DNA of 63,556 nucleotides, filler included, from Hyphochytrium catenoides (GCA_900088475.1; 11 parts of 11 records of this genome joined end to end with filler, not necessarily neighbours in it), one strand, 5' to 3'. Positions 13,057 to 26,238 are shown, counted from the first letter of the whole stretch. The notes: generated by a model from the letters alone, not told the origin. A program made the numbers and translations.

Positions 13057-13583
13057 AATGGAAATAGCCTCTTGCTCGCCGATAGTTATACAAGCTTTCT
13101 AAACCTCACGAAGACGCTTCCCTGTCCGCAAAATTGCGGGGCTCATCTCCCAGTGAGCGAGTGTCTAAACAGAGTCGATAACTCTCTGGCAGAGGAGAGA
13201 ATGATTGGGGAAGTGGTTCACCGGATTCGAGCTCGTCTACAAGGGTAAGCACTAAGCACCAGCTTCGTTCTTTGACCTCATTTTTTCCAGATTCCTCTCA
13301 ACTTACGCGCCTTCCGCCTTCTCATCAGGCCGCCTTCACAATAGAAAGAGTCCTTGGTTTCCAGCAACGGTAGTTTCCAGGCCGCCTCACATCAGACAAA
13401 CGCTGCACCCGCACAATACGGGGGGCTTGTGCAGCGTCTCTCTGTGTCTGTGTGCCCGTAGTACCACTGTGTATAGCGTCGTACAGTCCAATCAGCCTTA
13501 GTCTATCCTACCTACTTCCCCATCTTTCGGCCTGTGTGTGACAGATGGCTTGGTAGACCTGGCTGAGTAATAATGCGGGACAG

Positions 13584-13607
13584 TAACCCTAACCCTAACC
13601 CTAACCC
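13584..13607. repeat. Interstitial telomere-type repeat (TAACCC)4
   Basis: taaccctaaccctaaccctaaccc. Confidence 0.9.
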
Positions 13608-16514
13608 TAGTGCCCTGGAACATAATAACGGTAGTAGCCCTCCCCACTACCGTTTTATTACAGCCCTAGCGCTCTAATAATGCAGGACCACGACCAATCA
13701 CGACGGCTTGGAAGTTAGTTCCTAAGGCCCAGAGCAATGCAGACAACGGCAGTCGTGGCTTAACGTATGACTTTTGTTACCTTTACGCTCTCGAAGTGTC
13801 ATCTGCGCATCTGCGGTTGTGGAGTGTAGCAGAAGGACTACTGCTACAGTCTAGAGGAGTGGAACACAATGCAGCAGATAGATCATGCGGGCTACATCGT
13901 CTATAAATGTCAGTTAAAGGAAGCTCAGACTAAGACCGGCGTGGGCTAAGTCATCTACTCCTCCATCACTACGCGGCCTCTTCAAGTTGGGAGGAAGCGC
14001 GTCTTTCGATGAGCGAATTCATACAGATGTTCAATAGGATCATTCGACACTAAGGATGTGGGGATAAGAGCGACCTTTAATAGCACTGCGGAACCGGCCG
14101 GTGATCTGGATCGGTGATGAGGTAGGAAGGAACGCTGAATGGGATCTTTAAATTGGTCTTCACCTTGGCTGGCCAAGTCTCAGCTCAGACTATAGGGAGA
14201 GCAGAGGATAACACTTCTAGGCAACCTAACCTTGCATGTTTCCTTCAAAGAAGATGACTGAATAGAGATAGAGGATCTTCTAAAATATAAGCAGCAAGGC
14301 CATTTTACCTGAGAGATGTAGAGAAAAAAGGAAAAGAAGAGAACAGAGAGACGCTAGACGCAAGTCTCTTCTTAGTAGATGCTTCAAGAGCAAAGATGGG
14401 TAAGAGAAAGAAGAGAAAACTCTCCCCTGAGAGCCACGCCCTGACATGAGTGGTCCCGGGACTCAATGGTCTTGCCGTCAGCTAAGAAAGGCTGCCCTCC
14501 TCAGTCACCACGAGAGCTGTCCTCATCCACGTGGTGCTAGCGGGCTCTCATCTTATGTATGTACATTGAGCGGTAGGAGGAGGAGAAAACGAACGACTGG
14601 GAAGTAGTGCACAAACATGCACCACCTTTACTCCCCTCCTCTGAGGACCTTGAATGAGAGCAGAAATATCCCACAGTGTACCTTCTACCTTGCCCGTTCA
14701 TGGCTTTTGCCTTATCCCTTGCGCCCCTTAGCGCTGGCGCCGCTCTCGTTAATCGCCCGGCTGAGACGAGACGAGTTCACAATCAAAGCGCGGTGGTGGC
14801 GTGGCGACAGGTTGATCTGAAACTCCAGGAGCTGCGTTTGTGCCACAGTAGTAGGGAGCAGTGATGCTTCTGGAGCAAGGGTTTGCTGAGGCGCGAACAG
14901 CAGCTGCTAGAGCGAGCGGAAGGAGAAGACCAGCTTTACCTTGAGGGCCAACGATCAAAGTCTCGGGGCTGGGAGGGGAAGAGATCTGCGACCATGACTG
15001 AGGTGAGCAACTGAGCGATAGAAGCCTCCCGACCCCCGCTGCCTTGGCTCTCGGCACAATGATGGGGAGAAGAAAGTAAGTGCGTCAGCGTTGTCGGCAA
15101 TAAGATCTATGCTGGTCTCCTCAACCCTAATTGGATTGCCGGCGCCAACGGGCTCGTTGATGCGCTGGAAGAGGATCTTTTCCACAAAGACCATCAGCCT
15201 CGAAAGTTGTCTGCCATTTTTTGTTTGGAAGATGGGCAAGAATTCCCTTTCTGAGTGCCGTTGTGAGCCCGAACCTAGACAGGCAGCTCTAGGCCCTTCG
15301 GCGACTACATTCAGACTGAATCTGCTACTTCTATCCAAGGCATCCATTGCTCATTGGCAGCAACTACGATAAGCCGATGGTCGTTGTGGAGATGATCCTC
15401 TTTCGCTGCATCAACGAGCTCAGTTGCGTGAATCCTATATCCAGCGCTAGGTAGTCTAGCACAGATACTACTGCTGACAATGTTGACGGATCACTTGCCA
15501 CCGTCAGGGTTATTCACAAGGCCAGCATCGCCACCTAACGCCAATGGCTTGACAGCTATAAGAGCCACACTTGAAGAAGACCATCATCCACCTCCCGAGC
15601 CGGCAAGGCCTGAGAAGCACTGAGCGCCAGGACAAGCCCAGTTACGAAAGGCCGCCACCAAGTCATAAGCCTGGTCTGGTCATCGAATGCATAACTGCTG
15701 CAAGTGCAACAGAGACAAACCTTCCACTAAGCTCGCCACCTGCCGATAGTTCCTTCGTACGCCACGAGGCTCCACCAAGTAAGCGAAGCCGTCTTTACAA
15801 CTGGCTACAGCCTGTTCAGTGGAAGGAAACGCAAGCAGCGATCCAGCAAACTTTTCCACAAAGCTCCCATACTACTGGCTCGCTGACCCCATGACTGCTC
15901 CCAACGCTTCCACTTTATTTTTTTGCCGAGCAAGGTCGGGTTCGTGTTCTCTCTCTCTGTGTCTCTCTCTCCTCTCTTTCTCTCTCATATCTATCGAGCT
16001 GTTTCTCTTGCTGTTTCTCTTCTTCTCTATCTTTCCTCGCCCCCGTCTCTCCCATTCGCCTACGACCTCAGCACAAGAATGGAAGTGAATGATGCACATG
16101 CAGCCCACATATATTTACAGAAGTAAACGCTGAACAACCATCGCTACAAGAGCAAGGATCTCTTTCATTGAACCTCACGCTCTCTCATCGATCTCTCTCT
16201 TATCTCTTGAAGGCGCTGCTTCTTACTAGTTCAACTTCTAGTAGACATCTGCTTCTCTGTCTCGTTGCCTTTTCTCCTCTGGCTCTCACTTGAGAGAGTA
16301 GTTGCATGGCATCTGTCTCCTCTCGTGTCATTCACTTCCATTTTGCCTTATATCATGGTTGTCCTCCTCTATGGTTAGCATCATCATCTCCCTTCAATCC
16401 CTCAGCCCCAGCATCCTAGGCCCTCCGCATAGTAGTATCTTTCATCTCTCTCCCTCGTTCTCTTCGTGCTTAGAACCTTCCTCCTTCTAAACTCTTCTCA
16501 ATTTCTTCGTCACT

Positions 16515-18241
16515 TATCATGTGGGGCCTAAGCTGTCTGGACTGTCTCCTAGGATATCTTGTTCAAAACGCTCACAGTCGTCCAGAAGGTGGTGCATGTT
16601 CCTCTCTCTTTGTCCTGGGTGAAGGGCAGGTCCAAGCAGAAGCAAGCAGTAGCATGAGAATCCGATAAGAGACAGAGCAAGGCTTAGTGAAGACAGATAT
16701 CATTCAAAGAGTCTCATCACTCTCTCTACAATGACAAGAGCGCAAGAGAAAGGAGGAGCGGTGGGCACCCTGATAGTACCTGGAGGAGCTGCCAATGAAA
16801 GGGACGGAGGAGCTGTATCTTCTCTACCTTCGGCTGGCGATGAGGTCCGTCAGGCGTCGGAATAGTCTTCCGGCTCTGTTTGCGGCCTTGTCATCCTGTT
16901 GATCCGTAGAACACAGTGAGCGGACTACTCTCCTAAAAATCTCTGCCCAGCCCCTCGACACTTACACTTCAGCTCTCCCCTGCCTTGCAGACCTCCCGCG
17001 GCTCGTCGTCTCCTTCTCAGTGGATGAGGCTGGAGAGAATCAGATCAGGGCCTTCCCTCCTTGTATCGACCGCTCTGATGATGAGCGGTGCTCCTTCTTC
17101 TCTCTGAGCCTCTACTCGATCTTCTTGTCCCTCTAAATCACGCTGCTGATGTCCGTCCTTCTTGTTGATGGCGGCCGCAGGGGCGGCGATAGACCGGGCT
17201 AAGGTAAGAAGTGGGGAACAAGGATGATGGCTTGTAAAGGAGACGAGAGAGAGAGAGAAGAGAAGAGGAAGAGAGAATAGATGAACTGGTGGAGAGCTTA
17301 TCTAAGGAAGCGTTAGGCTAGAGGCACCAACAGGCTTAGCTGCAGCGTCGCGTATGGGTCCATTGCCGCATCCATTGACTCTGTGTCTCTTTTTTCTCTC
17401 GCTCCTGGCTGTAAGAGGAGGCGACAGGGATGCGGCAAAAAAGGTTCCATAAGAGACACTGCAGATAAGCCCTTGGCGCCTCTGCCTAACAATTCCTTAG
17501 ATAAGCTCTCCACCAGTTCATCTCTCTCTTGCTCTTCTCTTCTCTCCCCCAGGTCTCTTCCTCAAGCCATCCCTGTTCCCCACTCTTATCTAATCTCAGC
17601 CACGTCTGTCGCCGCACCTGCGGCCGCCATCAACAAGGAGGACGAACATCGGCAGCGTGATTTAGAGGGACAAGATTGAGTAGAGGGTCAGAAAGAAGGA
17701 GCAACGCTCAGAGCGATCGATACAAGGAGGGAATGCCCTGATCCTCTCCAGCCTCATCCACTGAGCAGGAGAAGAGCAGCCGTAGGAGGTCTGCAAGGTA
17801 GAGGAGAGCTGAATTGTAAGTGTCGAGAAACTGCCCGCTCACTGTCTTCTAGGGGTCATGAGGCTGACAAGGCCGCAAACAGAGCCGGAAGACTCTTCCG
17901 AGGCCTGACGGGGCTCATCGCCACCAGAAGGAGAGAAGATACCGTCCTCCGTCCCTTTCATTGGCAGCTCCAGGTGCTATCAGGCCTCCGCCATCCCTCT
18001 CACTTGCGCTCTTGACGACTGTAAAGAGAGAGAAAGACTCTTTGCCTGATATCTGTCTTGTTAGCAGAGCCTTGCTCTGTCTCTTATCGGTGGTTCATGC
18101 CACTGCTTGCTTCTGCTTGGACCTAACCTTCACCGAGGGCAAAGAGAGAGGAACAAGCACCACCACCTTCTGGACCACTTGTGAGCTTCTTGAACAAGAG
18201 ATCCTGGGAGACATTTCAGACAGCTTAGGCCCCGCATGATA
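16515..18241. repeat. Large diverged inverted repeat (arms ~16515-17330 and ~17473-18241, ~140 bp spacer)
   Basis: atcatgtggggcctaagctgtctg (16516) matches the reverse complement of cagacagcttaggccccgcatgat (to 18240); atgaactggtggagagcttatctaaggaa (17281) matches the reverse complement of ttccttagataagctctccaccagttcat (to 17521). Confidence 0.9.
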
Positions 18242-19023
18242 GAAGAGGTGGACAGAGACATAAAGGAGAGTAACCATAGCCCTAACCGAGCCCTAAGCAG
18301 GAGAGAGAGAGAGAGCTAAACCTGTTGGGGGCTCAATCAGTGGGCACTCTCCGGCCTCCTGTTGCTCCCTGGCAGTGGTGTGTCCCTCGTCGTCCTCCTC
18401 CTGGCGCTTGCTCGTTACTTGGGCAAGGACTGAGTCCACGAACTGAGTGGCCACACTTCTCCTCCTGAGGATGAGAGCTTGTCGCCCCCACTACTGAAAC
18501 CTGATCCAGTTAGAGGAAGGCAGAGAGAGCAGCGCGCGAAGGGAAAAAAAGGTAGGAGCAAAGTGCAGCAGAGAATGACTGAGACATGAGGAGCCGTAGA
18601 AAGATGTGAGACAGATAAAGCGAGACACGCAAGGTAGAGAGAGGAAAGGAGAGGAAGAGAGAGAGAGCTAAACCTGTTGCAAGGTCGGCAGCTGGGAAGG
18701 ATAGAGAGAAAGGTGTCTGTCTGTTCGAGGAGATGCTGTCACTAGTGACAAAGATCTCACAGAAGGAGGAGGAAAGCGTGGGTGGCCACTCAGATGCTGG
18801 ACTCAATCCCTGTCCAAGTAACAAGCAAGCGCCAGGAGAAGGAGGAGCAAAACGAGGACGACAAACACCATTGGGGCGGCAGTGCAACAGTAGGACGGAG
18901 CTTTCTCTCTCTCTCTCTCTCTCNNNNNNNNNNNNNNNNNNNNNNNNNNNNNNNNNNNNNNNNNNNNTTAATTAATTAANNNNNNNNNNNNNNNNNNNNN
19001 NNNNNNNNNNNNNNNNNNNNNNN

Positions 19024-19685
19024 GTGTCAAGGTGGGTGATGACCTCACTCTTATTCTTCATGAGGTACAGAAAACCCGACGAGTACAGTCATCGACGAAA
19101 ACCACATATAACGATGACCGCCAAGGCTAAGCGTATTGACAATGCCAACATCGGAGTGGACTAGTTGAAGGGGGCGTTGTGTTTTACGGTGTGATTGTTG
19201 TTTACAATACTTACGGCGGGTCAGCTTCCCCAAGACACAACCCGAACAGAGAGACGTTGTATCGTTGGTGATCGATCTTATGCCTGAAGAAACCGTTGCC
19301 AATTTCCGTACATCTGGAATGTTTAGATGCCCCAATCTGCGATGCCAGATGGTGACTGATTTGGGATTGATAGCGGAAGCAGAAGAGTCTTCTATTGCCT
19401 CAGTATCGGATAAGGTGGCGTAGGCACTGGGAGAACTGCTTGCTGGAGTACAGTCCGTTAAGGTGGAGCCCGTCACGTAAAAGAGATTCCCAATGCGTTC
19501 GGCAAGGGTACTGGTTGGTGCAACAGAAAGCAGCTGAGATAGAGGTTGGGTTGTGGATTAATAGACCTATACATACTGGGTAAAAAGTACGTTGTAACCT
19601 TTATCAAGCTCCTTGCTGATTGAGAGTAGATCTTTGGTGAATCCAGGAGCATGTAGGACGTTTTGAAGGGTTACAGTGGCTGTCC
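19024..19685 (-). mobile_element. Ty1/Copia pol fragment (protease end, GAG-pre-integrase, integrase start)
   Basis: IWHRRLGHLN, CSGCVLGK, PLQLVHSDV; nearly the same sequence as 47001-47650 (+). Confidence 0.9.
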
Positions 19686-19694
19686 AGTCTTAGA

Positions 19695-21990
19695 TGTTGA
19701 CTTGTGGGGTACTTGGGAAATTGGAAAGTGAGATTAGAATGAAGTGGGGGCCGTGACCAGAGGAGGCGGCCTCACTGGCATCCGAGGACTTGCATGCCTC
19801 ACAGCCACTCATTAGATGGTGGGCTATCGCCATACATTATACTAGCAGCTAACTGTGCTGACTTGTAACGGCGATATCTCATTAACTAGAAGGAGTTAGA
19901 AGCTGAGATTTGGACAATATAATGACCGTCATCTATACTACCACCGGATCCTACATCCAAGACTCCCCCGCAGTACGAATAATATAGTGAGTAACGGAGT
20001 TCTTAGAACCACCACGAACGCCTAAGGCGACACGGAATTCACGAAAACGAGGCCAAGGAAGAACCCTTGGTCAAAACATCAGCCGTCATATCACATGATT
20101 TGGTGAATGTCAGCTTGATACTCCCGGACGTTACCTTTTCTCGGACGACGCAGTGCTTGACATTGATGTGCTTGGACTTGGGCCGAGCCATCTCGCAAAT
20201 CGTGATCGTGTTCTTGTTATCCTGAAAAATCTCTATTGGTCCCTTCTGAGGACATCCTAGCTCCCCTAGAAGGCACAAAATATGATCCACGTGCTTGGGG
20301 GCCGCCCAAAGAGAGATGCATTCCGCCTCCGTCGGGGAAGAAGCTGTGAGTTGCTGCTTCAGCGACTTCCACACGAAGGCGCCTTCACCCAACGTGAAGT
20401 AGTACCCTGAAATGGACTTCCGAGCCGAAGGGTCAATTGGCCCCGTCGGCATCCGCAAACGCTTTCAGGCATGGCATACTCTTTCCCCCAAGAGTCAAAC
20501 CTAGGTCCACGATGCCCTTCAAGTCCTGAAGATCATCCGCTTTACAGCATCCCAGTGCACGACTCTTGGCGTTGACGTGTGCTGGCTTACGGACTGTACC
20601 GCGTAACCAATGTCGGGCCGGGTGGTGGTGACCATAAGGTACATAAGACACCCTACGGCCTTCCGGTATGGTATCTGGCTCAGAAGCTCTCGAGTCTCCG
20701 GGGCAACTAATATGTCTCGTCCCCTTCGACAGGTATGACTTCGGGTTCACTGGCAACGGACTTGGATGGCAGTCAGCCATGTTGAATGAACCTCTCTAGA
20801 ATACTACTGATGTACTTTTTTGGCTGCGACAGTGTTATGGTGTCCTGTCACGATGTACCTTGATCCCGAGGAAATAGTTGAGTTCCCCGAGATCTGTGAC
20901 CTCGAACCTATCCGAGAGAATCTTCTTCATCCCATTAACAAGATCTGTCGATTCTCCTATCAAAATTAAGTCGTCGACAGACAGAGTGATGATCTCTGGC
21001 AGCTTGGAGCCAGTCTCAGTGCGGTGTCGGATGTACACACAAGGTTCACATATGCTAGGGTGGAATCCGTTTACGTGGTTCTTCAGATACCCGTCAATCA
21101 CCTTGTTCCACTGCCATGGACTCTGCTTTAGTCCGGATATGCTTCTCTTCAGCTTGCAGACATGATCTTGAGAATCAGCACGAGCAAATCCAGGAGGCTG
21201 CTTCATATACACAGTTTCTTCCAGCTCGCCGTGCAAGAAAGCAGTCTTGATATCCATACCCATATAATGAATCTCTATGTCAAACGATGCCGCCAATGAC
21301 AGGATGCACCGAATGGATTCATATCCGATTGTCGGAGCAAACACTTCTTGATAATCGACTCCCTCCTTCTGCCGTAAACCTTGTGCCACTAACCTTGCCT
21401 TGTACCTCTCTACAGTCCCATCAGCGTTGGTCTTGAAGGACCTTAAATACCCAGCGGCATCCCACAAATTTTGCTCCACGGGCGGGGGCGGGGAACCAGT
21501 ACCCATACCCCTTGCTGCTCCACGGAATGTAGCTCGCTGGGAATTGCCTTCTGCCACTCCAATGTCTGGGGAGAGGCCAACAACGCGTCTTCTAAAGTTA
21601 CCGGTTCTTGAAGCTGGAGAGAATTGAGGGTCCCCGGCCGCATCCAGAGGGAGTCCTGCTGGGAGTACCTCTTTGCCAAGGACGAGTCGGGTACCGAGTT
21701 GTGATTAGGAGTATCATATTCCTCATACTCGTCAACTTCCAAGCTTGTGTCGGGATCTGCTGCGGCAGCATGATCTGATGCCTCCGATCTTACTGAGGAT
21801 TGTTGATCTGAGTCTTCAGAGTACTTTTCACTCTTTAAATCATTACTGGATTCGGAGTCCATACTTACTGAGGATTGAATCATCTGAGTCTTCAGAGTCA
21901 GAATACTTTTCAGCGTTTAAATCACCACTGGATTCGGAGTCTGGGACCTCTTCACTTGCTTGTCCCGTGCCTACGGAAAGGTGAATATCG
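19695..21990 (-). mobile_element. Degraded Ty1/Copia 3' half: RT (~21557-20500), RNase H (~20458-20039), PPT (19963-19969), 3' LTR (~19695-19962)
   Basis: YKARLVAQG, MDIKTAFLHGELEETVYMKQPPGF, LSVDDL, ARKSISGY, SPTEAE, KSKHINVKH; GGGGGAG PPT then an LTR ending TCAACA; frameshifts. Confidence 0.9.
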
Positions 21991-22184
21991 GGATCTTCAT
22001 GGCCTTCAATTTCCTGGAACTGATTCTCTGTGGTATGCTGTTATATGTATATCTCCCCAGACGGCTGCTATCGCTCTGGACCCGNNNNNNNNNNNNNNNN
22101 NNNNNNNNNNNNNNNNNNNNNNNNNNNNTTAATTAATTAANNNNNNNNNNNNNNNNNNNNNNNNNNNNNNNNNNNNNNNNNNNN

Positions 22185-22372
22185 TATCTTAGCTTGCAGA
22201 GGAGAGTGGCAGGAGAGAGAAGACAGTTTGTTCCTCAAGAAGAGAGAGTTGTCAGGAGAAGAGAGAGTCTTCGCGCGGAGCAGCAGCGGACCCGCTATGA
22301 GATGCTCGCCCTCATGGCCTGGAAGATGAATCTTGCGGAGAGAGAGAGAACGATGAGGTTCGTTAAGAAGAG

Positions 22373-22439
<67 letters not shown>

Positions 22440-22956
22440 AACGAGAAAGAGGCAGAAGAGAGCGGGATAAAGGAGATCGGAGCTAGAGAGTAAAGGTTAC
22501 AGGTTTAGTGCAAAGAGAGAGAGAATAGAAAGAGAGAGAGAGAGAAAGAGAGGGAGAGAGAGAGGGAGGGAGAGAGAGGGAGTGAGAGAGAGAGAGCAAT
22601 AGAAAATGAAGTGAAGCTGCGACTGACAGCTGGCACTTCTGGCAGGGCCGCATGGCATCGCTGGTCCCAGTTTCTGAGAGTTTCTTCTCTCTCCTCCCAA
22701 TCAAGAAACAATCTTCGCCAAGGGAAAGAGAACGACCCGGCTCAGACGGTGAGGACTCTCTCTTCCCTTTATGTTTTCTCAGGAAACAGTTATTCAGAGA
22801 AGAAGCTGCTTTGTTTTCTCTCTCTATCCCATGTTCTGACCCTGGATTTTGACCCTATCGCTCCTCACTCTGCTCCACTCCCTTCTCATCTTGCTTCTTT
22901 CTCTCTCTAACTCTCTCTCCCTCCACCCCTCCTCCTCTCTCCCTCTTTTGCCCGCC

Positions 22957-23007
<51 letters not shown>

Positions 23008-24144
23008 CAGCAGGCCGCTCTGCTTCGTCTTCTCGTTATCGCTCAGAGGCAGCGGACACTGGCGCTGCTCCGACACTTCCAGCGCTGGCACCATGTCATT
23101 CTTAGCACATCCAAGAGAAAGAGAGAGAGTGCACGTTCTCTCTCTCTCTCCCTTAGATGGCTGGCCCGTAGACGCCTCCACGTGGCCTTAATGACATGGA
23201 GAGAGGCGACAAGAGAGTCTCTTCGCGTCTCTTCTCTCTCTTCAGAGGCCCAGACAAGCTCAAACAGCCATCGACCCATCGCGACCAACATCTTGCCAGA
23301 GAGCGAGCGGCCGATCCTTCTGGGCTTGGGAACCTTCACAAACGTGGCACCGTCTCCTCCCTCATTGCCCCAGAGAGCGGCCAGGCCGTCACTAGAAAGA
23401 GGAGAGAAGATCTACACTCTCTCTTCTCCTCTTCCCAGCCTCCAGCGCGTGCGGAGCTCGTATCTCTCTCTCCTCCTGAGGCGGAAGGCCCATAGACAGC
23501 TCTCTGAAAGCTTTGCCCGATGGCGTGAGAGGTGTCAGAAGGCTCAGAAGGAAGAGGTCACCGGTAGGCTGGGCAATCTCCTGCAACACGTGGAGCTCTG
23601 GCGTCAGTATGCGGCTGCCTCTCTGCTCTTCTCTCTCTTCGCCCGGCGGCAGACGCTGCTTCTTTCCAGAGCTTTCCACCGCTGGCAGGTAGCCTCCATG
23701 GCCTGTAGGCCAGGACAGCGCTCCTCTTCTTCTCTGCGTGGCGTCGTAAGGGCGCTCCAGAGGTCCGTAAAGAGGCAGAAGATGGAGGCTTGGCGGCGCT
23801 GGCGGCTGGCTGTGGCGCAGAAGAAAGCTCTCTCTCGAGTCCTCTCAAGAAAGAGGCGGAGACTTTTACATGGAGCCTTTCTGCAGTTCCGCTTGTTTGC
23901 TGAGGGAAGACAGATTGTCCAGCAGATCGAGCTGACGATTCATGAGCTGAAGGAGCAGTGGAGAGCGCGACTGCGGGGCAGACAGGAGAGAGAGAGGTAC
24001 CCTCGTGCAGGCGCGCTGCTGAGGGAGAGAGAGATGCAATGGCTGCAAGGGAAGAGTGAGACGAGCTCTAGCTCTCTCTGCCTCAGCGCGGAGCTCTCTC
24101 GTTTGGATAACTCTGAGCTGTACACTACGGCCTTGTCATCCTAG
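22185..24144 (+). CDS. Sfi1-like repeat (centrin-binding type) protein, multi-exon, 5'-partial; long last exon ~23011-24144
   Basis: Recurring L-x2-F/W-x2-W repeats: LLRHFQRWHH, LHVALMTWRE, LSESFARWRE, LLSRAFHRWQ, KMEAWRRWRL. Confidence 0.6.
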
Positions 24145-24513
24145 CGAGGCGAGACAGCGCGACCACGGCTCCAAAGGATAGCACTTTATTATGTAGAATA
24201 GCCTGTAGGATACACCATAGAGAGACTGAGAGAGAGAGGACAGTCGACAGCGACGGAGGAGACATACACAGACGCTTAGACAAGAGAGGGAGACCTAGAG
24301 CTCTCCTTCTGTTCGGAACGACGAGATATCAGTTGACAGGAGATGGAGAAGGGCAAGAGAGAAAGATAGAGGGAGAGACAAAGAGAGGCGAGAGGGAGAA
24401 GGGCGGAGAGAGAGAGAGTGAGACGGAGAGAGAGAGAGACACCTAACGGACAATCCAGGAGGAGGACAAAAAAGGTGGACCATAATGCGATGCTAATGAA
24501 CCGATTTCGGCGC

Positions 24514-24847
24514 TCAAGCATGCCGTAAGTGCCGCGGAATGTACTTGAGCTTCAGGAACTTGAAGATATCCTCCTCTGTAGGGAAGAGCTTGTGGTCAAT
24601 CAGCGTGGCGTCAGCAGTGAAGAGACCTTGGTGCGTCAGTTTAAAGCCAAGGTCTGCCGCGTACCGGCGGAGGTCGCGCTCAAACTGAAGCAGAATAAAA
24701 GAGAGCAGACCTTATGAGCTGTGATAATGTAGTTTAGAGAGAGAGAGAGAAGGAGAGAGAGAGAGAGAGAGCTGAAGCAGAATAAAAGAGAACAGACCTT
24801 ATGAGCTGTCATAATGTAGTTTAGAGACATAGAGAGAGAGAGAGAGA

Positions 24848-24881
<34 letters not shown>

Positions 24882-25421
24882 TAGAGAGATAGAGGGAGAG
24901 AGAGATAGAGATAGATAGAGAGAGAGAGAGAGAAATATGGATGGTGACCAGATCTGTCTCTCTTTTCTTACCTGCTTTGACCCAGCCCAGCCCAGAATCT
25001 GAAAGATCCACTGCTCGTTCTCTACCAAGACAATGTCGATTCGTCGATAGACGCCTTTCCATAGCATGACCCCCAACAGCGCCTGTGACTCCTGCGAGGA
25101 CGAGCACCAACAAAGACAATTGAGAAAGAAGAGAGAGAGATACGAGAGAGAGAGAGAGCGAGCATCCATCAAACCATCCTGACTTCCGTTGGACAAGAGC
25201 GCGTCCCTGTCGTACCTCTAGCAGATGTCTTGTCGGATGTTGGCCAACCTGAGTGCCAAACTGATCGTGCATGTGCATCTGCTGTAAGGAATGGAGAAGG
25301 ACGCCAACCTCCGTGAGGCGCTGCGCAATGGGTTGCAGCGAATCCTTTATACGCTTGTCGGGATGCCTGCAAGTGATAAAGGACAGAGGGAGAGAGGGCA
25401 AGAGAGATGTTAGAGAAAGGC

Positions 25422-25477
<56 letters not shown>

Positions 25478-25557
25478 ACACGACACTTGAGAAAAGCGAG
25501 AAGCGGACCAGAGGGACATGATCAGGGATTGACCCAGAAACGAAACACCAATAAGGA

Positions 25558-25590
<33 letters not shown>

Positions 25591-26198
25591 GAGAGAGAAA
25601 GCTTTAATTGTCCTCACGTCATCAAAATGTCAATGTCATGCATCTCTGTCTTTCCCCGGCAATATCCGCCGCAGATCTCAAGGTTCGTCTGCTTCTCGTC
25701 CAGTCCCATCAACCGTACAGCCTTTCGAATCTCTCTCGTCACCAAAGCGATAACCTCGTCCGCCGTAGGTCGGTCAATGCCCTTTGCCAGATCCCTGCAG
25801 GGCCAGAATGGAGAAGAGAGAAGCAGCGCGAGAGCAACAGCACGCTTCAGTATCTCTGCCTTGTTCGCTTCTGACATTTCATGTCTTACCTGGAATAGAG
25901 CACGCCGAGCTTCTGCTGCAGCGTGAGAGAGTTTATGATAGGATTGGGCGAAGTGTACGCCTCGATCGTGGTTGCCTTGGCCTTTCCATCGTCCAGTAGC
26001 TGAAGAAGGCTCTTGCGGTCCTTCCGTAGAAGATGCTCCAGGTCAGCAGCAGACTCTATTCCGCGGTCTACCAGCTCTGACGCCTTGCCCGGGCCTATGC
26101 CGTACACATTGCACAGCTGCGAAGAGATAGTCAGCCTTTCTCAACCAGCCAAATTCCTTACCCTTTCTCCCCGCTGCACTCAGTTCCGTTTCTTGCCT

Positions 26199-26238
<40 letters not shown>

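Noticed and set aside
12469-13248. Long antisense ORFs over the glycosyltransferase
   Set aside because: Shadow frames of the repeat-rich coding strand with no recognisable motifs.
13584-13607. True telomere or chromosome end
   Set aside because: Only four units, internal to the scaffold.
14300-15900. Coding-like segments here and at 9300-11400, 32700-34800 and 51700-53100
   Set aside because: Interrupted by stops in all frames and no family could be recognised with confidence; they need homology searches.
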